Below, piece after piece: positions 41,013 through 50,267 of a DNA stretch of 64,000 bases. Numbering within the stretch: position 1 is the first letter of the stretch; each line of letters starts with the position of its first letter. The position numbers and the translations under genes were made by a program. The stretch is from Candidatus Krumholzibacteriota bacterium (GTDB taxonomy: Bacteria; Krumholzibacteriota; Krumholzibacteriia; LZORAL124-64-63). Under the pieces are notes generated by a model. That model searched no databases, had not been told where the DNA came from, and saw only the letters and a list, made by a program, of their open reading frames with translations. Where the stretch lies: contig JAJRWA010000067.1 of NCBI GenBank assembly GCA_024277025.1, positions 504-64,503 on the forward strand, written 5' to 3'.

Positions 41013-41969
41013 TCAGTGCTCTTGGGGGACATCACCCCGGCGGCCCTGGGCGTGCAGTCCCTCGCAGTCGTGAGGCTCGCTGGCATCGCCCGGTTCGACG
41101 TGCACGAACACCATGGCGATTTTTTCGACCTCGGCCCGGATGCGGTCCTCGGTGGCGTGGGCGATATCATGGGCCGAGGCGATGGTGTGGTCCGGGTGCA
41201 CGGCCAGGCGAATGTCCGCCAGGTACCAGGATCCCCGCTGGCGAACGTGCAGGCTGCGCAGCTCCTGGACGCAGGGCACGCCACGCGCCGCGGCCCTGAT
41301 CTCGTCCAGAAGATCCTCGTCGGGCATGGTGTCCATCAGCGCCATCACATTCTCGCGCATCAGGTCAACACCCATCTTCAGAATGAACAATGAGATGATG
41401 ATGGCGCCGACGTTGTCCAGAATCGGCCAGCCCAACAGGGCACCGCTGATGCCGGCGGCTGCCGCGAGCGAGCTGATGGCGTCCGAACGGTGCATGGCAC
41501 CATTGGCCAGCAGGGCGGGGCTGTTGTGCAGGCGGCCGACCCGCAGCGTGTAGCGGGCCATGAGTTCCTTGATCACGACCGAAACCAGGGTGGCCACCAG
41601 AGCCGGCCACTCGGGATGCAGATAGGTTCCGTGGACGATATTCAGGATGGCAGATCTGGCGATCCCAACCGCGGTCAGCAGCATGAAGGCCGCCACGACG
41701 ACGGCGCCCAGGGTTTCGAAACTGTGGTGGCCGTAGGGGTGATTGTGGTCCGGCGGTCGGGACGAAGCCTTCAGCGCCAGCAGGATCCCCACATCACTGA
41801 GCACATCGGCCAAGCTGTGGAAACCATCGGCAACCAGGGCTGCTGAACCGGCCAACAGACCAAAAGCCAGCTTGCCGAAAGAGAGCAGGACATTGCCGAT
41901 CAGGCCGGCGGTCGTACAGACCACCGGCCGGTCCCAGTAGGAAGCGCTCACCGTCGACGAGTCACTCAT
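41013..41969 (-). CDS. Cation diffusion facilitator family transporter
   Basis: LVADGFHSLADVLSDVG…HPYGHHSFE CDF signature. Six TM helices. Confidence 0.85.
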   Translation of the reverse strand: MSDSSTVSASYWDRPVVCTTAGLIGNVLLSFGKLAFGLLAGSAALVADGFHSLADVLSDVGILLALKASSRPPDHNHPYGHHSFETLGAVVVAAFMLLTAVGIARSAILNIVHGTYLHPEWPALVATLVSVVIKELMARYTLRVGRLHNSPALLANGAMHRSDAISSLAAAAGISGALLGWPILDNVGAIIISLFILKMGVDLMRENVMALMDTMPDEDLLDEIRAAARGVPCVQELRSLHVRQRGSWYLADIRLAVHPDHTIASAHDIAHATEDRIRAEVEKIAMVFVHVEPGDASEPHDCEGLHAQGRRGDVPQEH

Positions 41970-41981
41970 GCCGCCGGCTGC

Positions 41982-43799
41982 TCACTCGATTTCCTCGCCC
42001 GGCAGTGGGGCGGGGTACATGGCATCGATCGTTTCCTTGTAATTGCGATAGATCACGAACCGCTTGATCTTCATCGTCGGTGTCAACTCGCCCCCTTCGA
42101 GAGTGAACTCGCCGGGCAGCAGGGTGAACTTGCGGATCTGGTTGAAGCCAGGCAGATCCTGATTCACCGTCGCCAGGATTCCCTCGAAGAGTTCAATCAC
42201 CGCGGGGTGTTTCAACAGGTCGTCGTCGCTGGTTTTTTCGTCGATCCCGGCTTTGACGGCGAATTCACGCAGGACTTCGAAATCAGGCACGATCAACGAA
42301 CTGAGGAATTGGCGCTTGTCACCGATGACCACCATCTGGGTCACGTACTTGTTGGTGATGAAGGCGTTTTCGATAGGCTGCGGCGCGATGTTCTTGCCGC
42401 CCGCGGTGACGATGATGTCCTTCTTGCGGCCCGTGATGAAAAGGTAGCCGTCCTCGTCGATCCGGCCCATGTCACCGGTGGCCAGCCAACCGTCGGCCGA
42501 GAGTATCTCGCTGGTCGCAGCCTCGTTGTTGAAGTAGCCCAGCATGACCTGCGGCCCGCGGCACAGGATTTCCTCGTCCTCGGCGATCTTGATTTCCGTG
42601 TCGGGAATGGGTTTGCCCACGCTGCCGAAGCGGATGGCGCCGAAGTTGTTGCAACTGAGCACCGGGCTGGTTTCGGTCAGGCCGTATCCTTCCAGGACGA
42701 CCATGCCAGCCCCGTAGAAGAACTTGTTTATCTTCGCGTTGAGCGGAGCGCCGCCCGAGACCATGAACCGGATCCGCCCGCCGAGCTTCGCGCGCAGCTT
42801 GCTGAAGACCAGCTTGTCGGCCAGGGCCTTCTGGAACGCCAGCCAGCCCGTCGGTTTGCCGCCCTCGGTCTCGATTTCGGCACAGCGAATACCGACATCG
42901 CGGGCCCAGAAAAAGATGTTCTTCTTGGGGAATCCGGCGGCCAGGGAAATGGCCGCCGACTTGGCATAGATCTTTTCGTACAGACGCGGCACGCTGATCA
43001 TGATCGTCGGCCTGACCTCGCCGACATCCTCGGGTACCGAATCCATGCGGGCGGCGTAGGCGATACCCACCCCTGCGTGCAGCATCGTGTAGAAACCGGC
43101 CATGCGCTCGAGCACGTGGCTCAGAGGCAAGAAGCTGAGGCAGCGGTCACCGCTTTCGAATTTCATCAGGGTCCGGATGTGCCGGACGTTGGAAACGAAA
43201 TTCCAATGGGAAAGCACGACGCCCTTGGGCTTGCCCGTCGTGCCCGACGTGTAGATGATGCTGCAGGGTGAGTCCTTGTCTATCGGCAGGCACTCGTCAC
43301 GCGGTTCGGGCGGGTTGTCGTCGACCAGGTTCTGCCCGATCTGTTTCAACTTTTCGAACGTCATGATGTCCGGCAGGCTGGTCCGGTCAAACGAAACGAC
43401 ATCCTTGAGAAAAGACAGCCGTTCACGGATGTTGTGTATCTTCTGCGCCTGCTCCTGGGATGAGACGAAGATGACCGTCGGCTGGCAATCATTCAGGATG
43501 TACTCGATCGTGTCCTCAAGCAGGGTGGGATAGATCGGCACGATGACACCGCCGGCGCACTGGCCGGCCAGGTCACTGAGCGCCCACTCAAGCCGATTCT
43601 CCGAGAGGATGGCCACGCGGTCACCCGGCTGTACGCCGAGCGAACGCAGGCCGAAGCGCAGCGCCCGGACACGCCGCAGCGCTTCCTGGCTGGAGACATC
43701 GACATACTGCCCGGTCTCGTCGCGATACGAGAAACAATCGGGTCGGGGGAATTCGTGGACTGCGGCGAGAAACAACTCGGGGATCGTCTGGACCGACAT
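41982..43799 (-). CDS. Long-chain-fatty-acid--CoA ligase (AMP-binding enzyme)
   Basis: YTSGTTGKPKGV AMP-binding motif. …GYGLTETS…, …TGDMG…DEDGYLFITGRKKD… start at MSVQTIPE (43799). Confidence 0.85.
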   Translation of the reverse strand: MSVQTIPELFLAAVHEFPRPDCFSYRDETGQYVDVSSQEALRRVRALRFGLRSLGVQPGDRVAILSENRLEWALSDLAGQCAGGVIVPIYPTLLEDTIEYILNDCQPTVIFVSSQEQAQKIHNIRERLSFLKDVVSFDRTSLPDIMTFEKLKQIGQNLVDDNPPEPRDECLPIDKDSPCSIIYTSGTTGKPKGVVLSHWNFVSNVRHIRTLMKFESGDRCLSFLPLSHVLERMAGFYTMLHAGVGIAYAARMDSVPEDVGEVRPTIMISVPRLYEKIYAKSAAISLAAGFPKKNIFFWARDVGIRCAEIETEGGKPTGWLAFQKALADKLVFSKLRAKLGGRIRFMVSGGAPLNAKINKFFYGAGMVVLEGYGLTETSPVLSCNNFGAIRFGSVGKPIPDTEIKIAEDEEILCRGPQVMLGYFNNEAATSEILSADGWLATGDMGRIDEDGYLFITGRKKDIIVTAGGKNIAPQPIENAFITNKYVTQMVVIGDKRQFLSSLIVPDFEVLREFAVKAGIDEKTSDDDLLKHPAVIELFEGILATVNQDLPGFNQIRKFTLLPGEFTLEGGELTPTMKIKRFVIYRNYKETIDAMYPAPLPGEEIE

Positions 43800-43951
43800 G
43801 GCGCCTCCTGGCCGGTGATTGGCGTGCCCTGCTTGCGATTTTTTCCATCCGGGGTCACAATGGTTACCCTGCATTGTCGATTTTGTCAATCCACCAACAG
43901 CTTTCCGGAAGTTGGGTTTGTGCCTTGGCTTGTCACCCACAGATTTTCGGC

Positions 43952-45136
43952 TTGAACAACCGGGCGGCCCTCGTCGCCGATTTGCTGTACTGGTTTGCAA
44001 CAACCCGCCGGGACCTCCCCTGGCGGCAAGCCAATGATCCGTACGGAATCTGGGTGTCCGAGATCATGCTGCAGCAGACGACAGTGCAGACGGTGGTTCC
44101 CTATTGGCAGAGATTCATGGCCCGGTTTCCGACGGTGGGCCATTTGGCCCGGGCCGAACCGGATGACGTGCTGGCGCTCTGGTCAGGCCTGGGCTATTAC
44201 ACCCGGGCGCACAATCTGCATGCGGCGGCGCAGTTGATTTGTGAAACCGGTGGTGGGCGGTTGCCCGGTTCCCGCGATCAGTGGTTGGCTTTGCCCGGAG
44301 TGGGGCCCTACACCGCCGGCGCCATCGCCAGTATTGCCCTGGGTGAGGCTGTGCCCGCTCTGGATGCCAATGCCCGCCGCGTTCTGCTGCGCTGGACCAC
44401 CCTGGATCCGGCGGCTTTGGCCCGCAGTCCGGACAGCAAGGTCCGCCGTGCCATCGATTCCGTGGGGGCCGAACTGGTGCCGGTGGCGTCTCCCGGAAAC
44501 TGGAACGAGGCTCTTATGGAGCTGGGCGCTTTGGTGTGTGGCGCCCGGCGGACCCGTTGTGAGGTGTGCCCGGTCAGCCGGCATTGCCACGCCCGCCTGG
44601 GTGGCTGGGTTGCCGAGGTTCCGCCTGTACGAGGCGCAGCCGGGGCTGTGCCGGCCGAGGTGGTGCAGTTGGTGCTGACCTGGCGTGGGCGCGTGCTGCT
44701 GGTGCCGCCGCCGGCGGTGCCGTTGCCGTTGGGGCAGATGCCGGGCGACCTGGTCCGCAGTGACTTCAGCGGACTGCACCGCGGGTTGTGGGGACTGCCG
44801 ATGTCCGGCTGGTTCGTGCCCGGCTCCGCCGGCCGCGTGCCGTGGTTGGCCTGGCGGGAGCGACTTGAATTGCCGGCGGCAATCTGGTCGGACTCCGCTG
44901 TGCCGCGCGAAGTCGGTGCGTTCCGGCATGCGATCACGAGGTTCAGGTTGCGCGTTGTGGTCCATCACCTTGAACTGCCCGGTCGGCGCGCCTTGCCGCC
45001 GGATTGGTTGCGGGACGGCTCTGCGGCCGGCTTGGTTCCTGCGCAGCGCGGATTTTTTGCGGTCCGCGGGCCACGTCCGTCAGTGTCGGCCCTGACTGAA
45101 AAAGCCCTTCATTTTCATCAGGATACTGTTGTTTGA
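43952..45136 (+). CDS. mutY: A/G-specific adenine glycosylase MutY
   Basis: HhH-GPD domain (…WVSEIMLQQTTVQTVVPYWQRFMARFPTV…LPGVGPYTAGAI…). 4Fe-4S cluster loop C-x6-C-x2-C-x5-C. C-terminal NUDIX-like domain. The start is uncertain: the TTG at 43952 aligns with the E. coli N-terminus, while the maximal ORF starts at 43874. Confidence 0.8.
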   Translation: MNNRAALVADLLYWFATTRRDLPWRQANDPYGIWVSEIMLQQTTVQTVVPYWQRFMARFPTVGHLARAEPDDVLALWSGLGYYTRAHNLHAAAQLICETGGGRLPGSRDQWLALPGVGPYTAGAIASIALGEAVPALDANARRVLLRWTTLDPAALARSPDSKVRRAIDSVGAELVPVASPGNWNEALMELGALVCGARRTRCEVCPVSRHCHARLGGWVAEVPPVRGAAGAVPAEVVQLVLTWRGRVLLVPPPAVPLPLGQMPGDLVRSDFSGLHRGLWGLPMSGWFVPGSAGRVPWLAWRERLELPAAIWSDSAVPREVGAFRHAITRFRLRVVVHHLELPGRRALPPDWLRDGSAAGLVPAQRGFFAVRGPRPSVSALTEKALHFHQDTVV

Positions 45137-45207
45137 CTTTCACTTAATTGGAGACCTTTTTTATGCCATAGATCGACCACCCGGTACCTCAGCGAGAGGC
45201 CAAGGTA

Positions 45208-45606
45208 ATGCTGCAGATCACGAGGCAAACTGAATACGCAATCCGAGGACTGCAGGAGTTGGCGCGCCGCAACGATGATGCTCCTGTCCAACTGAAGGTC
45301 ATCGCCGGTTCGTGCGAAGTCTCCGAGGCCTTCCTGGCGAAGATTTTTCAGATGTTGGCCCAGGCCGGCATCGTCAAGTCCCATCGCGGGGTCAAGGGCG
45401 GTTTCAGCCTGGGCCGTCCCGCCACCGAAATCTCCTTGCGCGAGGTCGTCGAAATCTGCGAAGGCGGCATCGTGCTGAACCATTGTCTGCGCAAGGTCGA
45501 CCCCTGTCGTGACGTGGACACCTGCGCCGTGGCGAACGTATGGCGTGAGGCTCAGGACGCCCTGACCGGCGCCCTTGACCGGACCAATCTGGCCGACGTT
45601 ATCTGA
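45208..45606 (+). CDS. Rrf2-family transcriptional regulator (IscR/NsrR-like, three-Cys cluster-ligand pattern)
   Basis: wHTH (…LKVIAGSCEVSEAFLAKIFQMLAQAGIVKSHRGVKGG…). Cys triad C-x7-C-x5-C. Confidence 0.8.
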   Translation: MLQITRQTEYAIRGLQELARRNDDAPVQLKVIAGSCEVSEAFLAKIFQMLAQAGIVKSHRGVKGGFSLGRPATEISLREVVEICEGGIVLNHCLRKVDPCRDVDTCAVANVWREAQDALTGALDRTNLADVI

Positions 45607-45677
45607 TTGCTTCGCAGTTCGTTTGATTGCGGCAGCCCCTCCGACGGAGGGGCTGCCTGTGTCTGGTGCTTCACGGT

Positions 45678-46736
45678 CTAGCGGTCTTGGCGGCGTCGGC
45701 GCAGTTGGCCGCAGGCCGCGTCGATATCGCGTCCGCCACTGGCCCGGATGAAGGTGGGCACTCCGGCCGCGGTCAGGACCTGCTGGAAGGCCAGCACGCG
45801 CGGTTGTTCGGTGGGTACCAGTTTGGAGTCCGACAGGGGATTCAGGGGGATCAGGTTCACTTTGAAGTTGTGACCTTTGAGCAGACCGGCCAGACGCCGG
45901 GCCTGTTCCGGCAGGTCGGTCGTGTGCTGGATCAGGACCCAGGCAATCGTGACGCGGCGCCCGGCCTGGCGCCCATAGTCGGCGGCCAGACGGAGCGCCT
46001 CCTGCAGCGAGGTTCGACCGGGCACGGGCATGACCTGCTTGCGCTCCTGGTCTGTGCTGCCGCCGAGGCTCAGGGTCAGTCCCACGCCGGGCGCCGTCGC
46101 GATCAGTTGCCTGAGGCCGGCGGCCGGCCCACTGGTCGAGATCTGGATTCGGCGACGGGACATGGCCAGACCGTCGGGGGTCATCAGGATGCGGAGTGCC
46201 ACCTCGACCGCCTCCCAGTTGTCCAGCGGTTCGCCCATACCCATGAAGACGACATTGTGCCCGCGGTCTCCCAGCCCCGGGATCGGGTCGTGGTGCAGGT
46301 CGGCTCGCAGCCGGATCACCTGTTCGACAATTTCGCCTGCGGTCAGTTGCCGCTCCAGACCACCGCGGGCGGTGGCACAGAATGTGCACGCCATGGCGCA
46401 GCCCACCTGGCTGGACAGACAGAAGGTGGCGTGGTCGGCCATGGGGATGATGACGCTCTCGATGGTTTGACCGTCGCGCAAGCGAAACAGGAATTTGCGG
46501 GTCTGGTCACTGGCGAGTTGCCGCTCCTGCAACTGCAGCGCACTGAGGTCGTAGCGCTCCGCGAGGGCTTGCCGCAGAGTGCGGGGCAGGTTCCCCATTT
46601 CGGCCCAGTCCGTGGCGCCATGCTTGAAAGCCCACTCCTGGAGTTGCCGGGCCCGGTAGGCCGGGGCGCCCAAACTGTCGACCAGCGCGGCGAACTGGCC
46701 GGGAACCAGGGAACGGAGCAGGGGTTTGTTTTCCAT
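45678..46736 (-). CDS. rlmN: 23S rRNA/tRNA (adenine-C2)-methyltransferase RlmN (radical SAM)
   Basis: CLSSQVGCAMACTFCAT radical-SAM CxxxCxxC. Full-length RlmN similarity. Confidence 0.9.
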   Translation of the reverse strand: MENKPLLRSLVPGQFAALVDSLGAPAYRARQLQEWAFKHGATDWAEMGNLPRTLRQALAERYDLSALQLQERQLASDQTRKFLFRLRDGQTIESVIIPMADHATFCLSSQVGCAMACTFCATARGGLERQLTAGEIVEQVIRLRADLHHDPIPGLGDRGHNVVFMGMGEPLDNWEAVEVALRILMTPDGLAMSRRRIQISTSGPAAGLRQLIATAPGVGLTLSLGGSTDQERKQVMPVPGRTSLQEALRLAADYGRQAGRRVTIAWVLIQHTTDLPEQARRLAGLLKGHNFKVNLIPLNPLSDSKLVPTEQPRVLAFQQVLTAAGVPTFIRASGGRDIDAACGQLRRRRQDR

Positions 46737-46910
46737 CGGGTTGCCTCTGGCGCCTGCCCGAATCCTCAGGGTTGGCTGGCGCCGCGATTGCCTTGGGTTC
46801 GGTTGTACAAAAAAACTCAACTAGGGGTTGCCTGAATGGTAGCCTGTCCGGACAATAAACCCAAACGGTTCCCGGGCCGGTGACGTTCCTCCGAATAAAA
46901 AGGACTTTCC

Positions 46911-48272
46911 GTGAAAACAGTGCTGATCGTCGACGATGAGATCGCCATCCGTGAAACCCTGGAGATGATCCTGACCTACGAGGACTATCAGGTCGTCAAG
47001 GCGGGTTCCGGTGCCGAGGCCCTGGCTGCCGTCGCCAAACAAACGCCGGATGTGATTCTGTTGGATGTGAAAATGCCGGGCATGGACGGCTTCGAGGTCA
47101 TGGAACGCCTGAAAGCCGCCGGCAACGACGCGCCGGTGATTGTGATCTCGGGACACGGCAATATCCAGACGGCGGTCGAGGCAGTCAAGCAGGGCGCCTA
47201 CGATTTTCTGGAAAAACCCCTTGATCGCGATCGGCTGCTGGTCACGCTGGGCAACTGTCTTGACTATCGGAAGGCCCGGCAGGACGTGGCGGTGCTGGTC
47301 GAGCAAACGCAAGCCAGGACGCCGCTGGTGGGCGAAAGCCCGGGGATGCGGGAAGTCAGGACATTTATCGAGAAGGTGGGGGGCAGCGAGGCCACGGTCC
47401 TGATTACCGGCGAAAATGGAACCGGCAAGGAGCTTGTCGTCAGCGCCATTCACCGGATGAGTGCGCGGCGGGATCATCCCCTGGTCGAGGTCAATTGTGC
47501 GGCAATCCCGCGGGACCTGGTTGAATCTGAACTGTTTGGTCACGAGAAAGGCAGTTTCACCGGCGCTGACAGACAGCGGATCGGCAAGTTTGAGCAGGCC
47601 GACGGCGGCACCTTGTTCCTGGACGAGATTGGGGACATGAATGAGGAAGCCCAGGCCAAGGTCCTCAAAGCTGTCGAGGAGAGCCGCTTCCAAAGGGTCG
47701 GTGGAACTGATACGCGAACAGTCGATGTGCGGATTGTCGCGGCCACCAATCGGGACCTTGCTTCGCCGGCTTCGGGATTTCGCCAGGATTTGTTCTTCCG
47801 GCTCAATGTGCTGTCCATCCACTTGCCTCCCCTGCGGGAGCGGCCTGGCGACGTGGAATTGCTGCTGAACTGGTTCATGGCCGATCTGGCGGCCCGGATG
47901 AAGACGGCGCCCCGGCGCTTCGCGCCAGCCACTCTGGAAATCCTGAATGCCTATTCATGGCCCGGCAATGTGCGGGAACTGCGCAACCTGGTGGAGCGCA
48001 TGCTTATACTGGCTTCAGGTGAAGTTGTGCAACCCTCGGATCTGCCCCTCATGCCGGGTACCGAACAGGCTTCTGAAAAATCGACATCTCTGTTTGCCTG
48101 CAACGACTTCCAGGAGTTCAAGGCCAACAGCGAAGGAGAGTTTTTGCAACACAAGCTCAAGGAAAACCTGTACAATGTTTCCAAGACGGCCGAGGTGCTG
48201 GGCATGCAGCGCAGCAATCTGTACAAGAAGATCACAAAGTACGGCTTGCGAACCCAGCCGACTGTCGATTGA
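46911..48272 (+). CDS. Sigma54-dependent response regulator (NtrC family: REC + AAA+ + Fis-HTH)
   Basis: REC domain with D54-like (LLDVKMPGMDG). AAA+ Walker A GENGTGKE. GAFTGA motif in ESELFGHEKGSFTGA. C-terminal HTH. GTG start. No histidine kinase gene adjacent. Confidence 0.85.
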   Translation: MKTVLIVDDEIAIRETLEMILTYEDYQVVKAGSGAEALAAVAKQTPDVILLDVKMPGMDGFEVMERLKAAGNDAPVIVISGHGNIQTAVEAVKQGAYDFLEKPLDRDRLLVTLGNCLDYRKARQDVAVLVEQTQARTPLVGESPGMREVRTFIEKVGGSEATVLITGENGTGKELVVSAIHRMSARRDHPLVEVNCAAIPRDLVESELFGHEKGSFTGADRQRIGKFEQADGGTLFLDEIGDMNEEAQAKVLKAVEESRFQRVGGTDTRTVDVRIVAATNRDLASPASGFRQDLFFRLNVLSIHLPPLRERPGDVELLLNWFMADLAARMKTAPRRFAPATLEILNAYSWPGNVRELRNLVERMLILASGEVVQPSDLPLMPGTEQASEKSTSLFACNDFQEFKANSEGEFLQHKLKENLYNVSKTAEVLGMQRSNLYKKITKYGLRTQPTVD

Positions 48273-48331
48273 AGGGAGTCCTGGATTTACGGAGCGTAAA
48301 CCTGGGTTGACACATTTCCCCGGGATACGTG

Positions 48332-48360
48332 TTGACTTGCCGAGCGTTCATCCGTAAATA
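48332..48360 (+). promoter_or_regulatory. Near-consensus sigma70 promoter TTGACT-N17-TAAATA upstream of the small secreted protein gene
   Basis: -35 TTGACT at 48332-48337, -10 TAAATA at 48355-48360, exact 17-nt spacer. Confidence 0.5.
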
Positions 48361-48459
48361 ATAAGGACAATCCGCAGTCTTTCCCGGGCAGGTCGGTTGG
48401 GGAAGAAGGCAGCAAAGTTCGTTCAGACGGGGTGTGTATCTTTGAAGGAGAAGAAGAAC

Positions 48460-48801
48460 ATGAAAAGAATCCATATGGTTCTCGTTCTTCTGGTGACAGT
48501 GTTTGTGGTGGTTGCCGCCGGTGGTGCGCCGTTGGCTTACGCCGGTGAGGCGGGCTCCATCCAGGTTCCCGATGCCTTGACCAGGGGAAGCGACACAGTG
48601 TTGAACACTGCGAGCACTCCGCCTGGTGGCGACGACGCCGAGGGCGATCCGGATTCCATGGGTGACGGCCTTTCCAAGGATCTCAACGATTCTGGCGCGT
48701 CTGCCAGTTCCGGCGGCCTGATTATCGACGGCGTTGATATTACGGCGCTTGAGGAGTCCTTGCTGTACATACTGTCGCAGATTCAGATTCTGGTGCTGTA
48801 G
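48460..48801 (+). CDS. Small secreted acidic protein (113 aa, hypothetical)
   Basis: GAAGGAG RBS 9 nt upstream. Signal peptide ending AYA/GEAG. Asp/Gly/Ser-rich mature region. Hydrophobic C-terminus LLYILSQIQILVL. Confidence 0.5.
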   Translation: MKRIHMVLVLLVTVFVVVAAGGAPLAYAGEAGSIQVPDALTRGSDTVLNTASTPPGGDDAEGDPDSMGDGLSKDLNDSGASASSGGLIIDGVDITALEESLLYILSQIQILVL

Positions 48802-48884
48802 GGGGTGCCCGGTTGCGGGCAACCCGGCATCGACAACAATTACGGACAGGTCACCGGTCCACTTCCTCGCCGAGGGAACGGTTG

Positions 48885-50126
48885 ATGAGAGACAACTATA
48901 AGAATCAACGTAGATACGGCGCTGACCGTCAGGCGTTCGGGCGGGCCCTCGAGCCCGCCGCGTGGAGCCGCTTGGAGCAGGTCGGTGATCTCCATTTCCA
49001 TTCGTCTGCGTACTCGTCCGCCCTCGACTATTATGGCCAGTTACTCAACGAGGCGTCGCTCAATGTGGTTCCGTGTGAGCAGGCTTTCGGCGTTCTGCGC
49101 AAGGCCGTCGACTCGCATCTCCTGCTGGGGCATTTGAATCAGGCCACTGAGTTGCTGGATCTGGCATCCAGTCTGGTCAATCGCACGACTGGTTTGTCTG
49201 ACCCCGGCGAAAACGCTGTGCTCAACGCCACGTTCGATATCAGGCGAGCGACTGTTTTCCGCGAGCGCGGCCGGCTGCACGATGCGCTGAACCTGGCCAA
49301 ACGGGCTTTCTCGGTCCTGGCCCTGACGGATCAGCACGCTGATGTGGCACGGTTGCAGGTGGTGATGGGTGTTTGCCATGCCCGGCTCGGACGCGGGGTG
49401 AAGGCCGGCGAGTTCTTTGCCGATGGCTTGTCCACCTACCGCCGCATCGGCCACGACGAGGGCGTGGCCAATCTGCTGAACAACCTGGCTCTGCTGGAAA
49501 AGAACCAGTGCCACTGGGGCAAGGCGCTGGCGCAGATGGAGAAGGCCGTCGAGTTGGCCCACCGGATCGGGGCCAGTCATCTGTTGCCCGGCTTCTATCT
49601 CAATCAGGGAATCGTCCTGCAGAAGATCGACCGTCTCGGCGAGTCCCGTTCGTTGCTGGAAAAGGGATTGCGCCTGGCTGTCAGTCTTGGCGACCAGATC
49701 CATGAAACGCGCCTCAATCTGGCCATGGGGCGGCTTGAAACCCTCTCGGGGCGATTGGCGCGGGCCGAGACTTTGCTGCTCAGCGGCAAGACGCTAGCGG
49801 ATCAGAACCACTTTCTGCGGGAGGCCACCATCGCCGATGAGTATCTCGGTGATGTTCAACTCCTGCGGGGCGACGCGGACAAAGCACGTTTCAATTACCA
49901 GTTGGGATTGGAGAAATCCCGCTCGATCGCCGTGGGCAATGATCTCGAGGGCGAGTTGCAGCGGCGCGTGGGCGAGGCCCACCTGCTTTCCGGCCAACTG
50001 GATGAAGCGATTGCGGTCAGCCAGGCTGCCATTGCTGTCTGTGAGCAGTGCGGTGAAGAGTATGAGATCGGTTTCTGCCATCTGACCCTGGGCAAAGCCT
50101 ACGCGCGCCGGAATGACTGGCAGTAG
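48885..50126 (+). CDS. Cytoplasmic TPR-repeat protein; probably the N-terminal part of the downstream sigma54 activator (same frame, separated by one TAG)
   Basis: Multiple TPR-like units. The ORF ends with TAG at 50124-50126 in the middle of a TPR-like unit (…LGKAYARRNDWQ*SDHHFRQAIARFQDQ…). The downstream ORF is in the same frame. Confidence 0.55.
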   Translation: MRDNYKNQRRYGADRQAFGRALEPAAWSRLEQVGDLHFHSSAYSSALDYYGQLLNEASLNVVPCEQAFGVLRKAVDSHLLLGHLNQATELLDLASSLVNRTTGLSDPGENAVLNATFDIRRATVFRERGRLHDALNLAKRAFSVLALTDQHADVARLQVVMGVCHARLGRGVKAGEFFADGLSTYRRIGHDEGVANLLNNLALLEKNQCHWGKALAQMEKAVELAHRIGASHLLPGFYLNQGIVLQKIDRLGESRSLLEKGLRLAVSLGDQIHETRLNLAMGRLETLSGRLARAETLLLSGKTLADQNHFLREATIADEYLGDVQLLRGDADKARFNYQLGLEKSRSIAVGNDLEGELQRRVGEAHLLSGQLDEAIAVSQAAIAVCEQCGEEYEIGFCHLTLGKAYARRNDWQ

Positions 50127-50267
50127 AGCGATCATCACTTCCGCCAGGCAATCGCCAGATTCCAGGACCAGCGTCTGCAGCACCTGTGGTGCCGCGCGAT
50201 CCTCGAATTTGCCGACCACCGGCTGGAAAACGCAGCCGAGCCGGAACTGCTGCTCTTCAGGCGTTAT

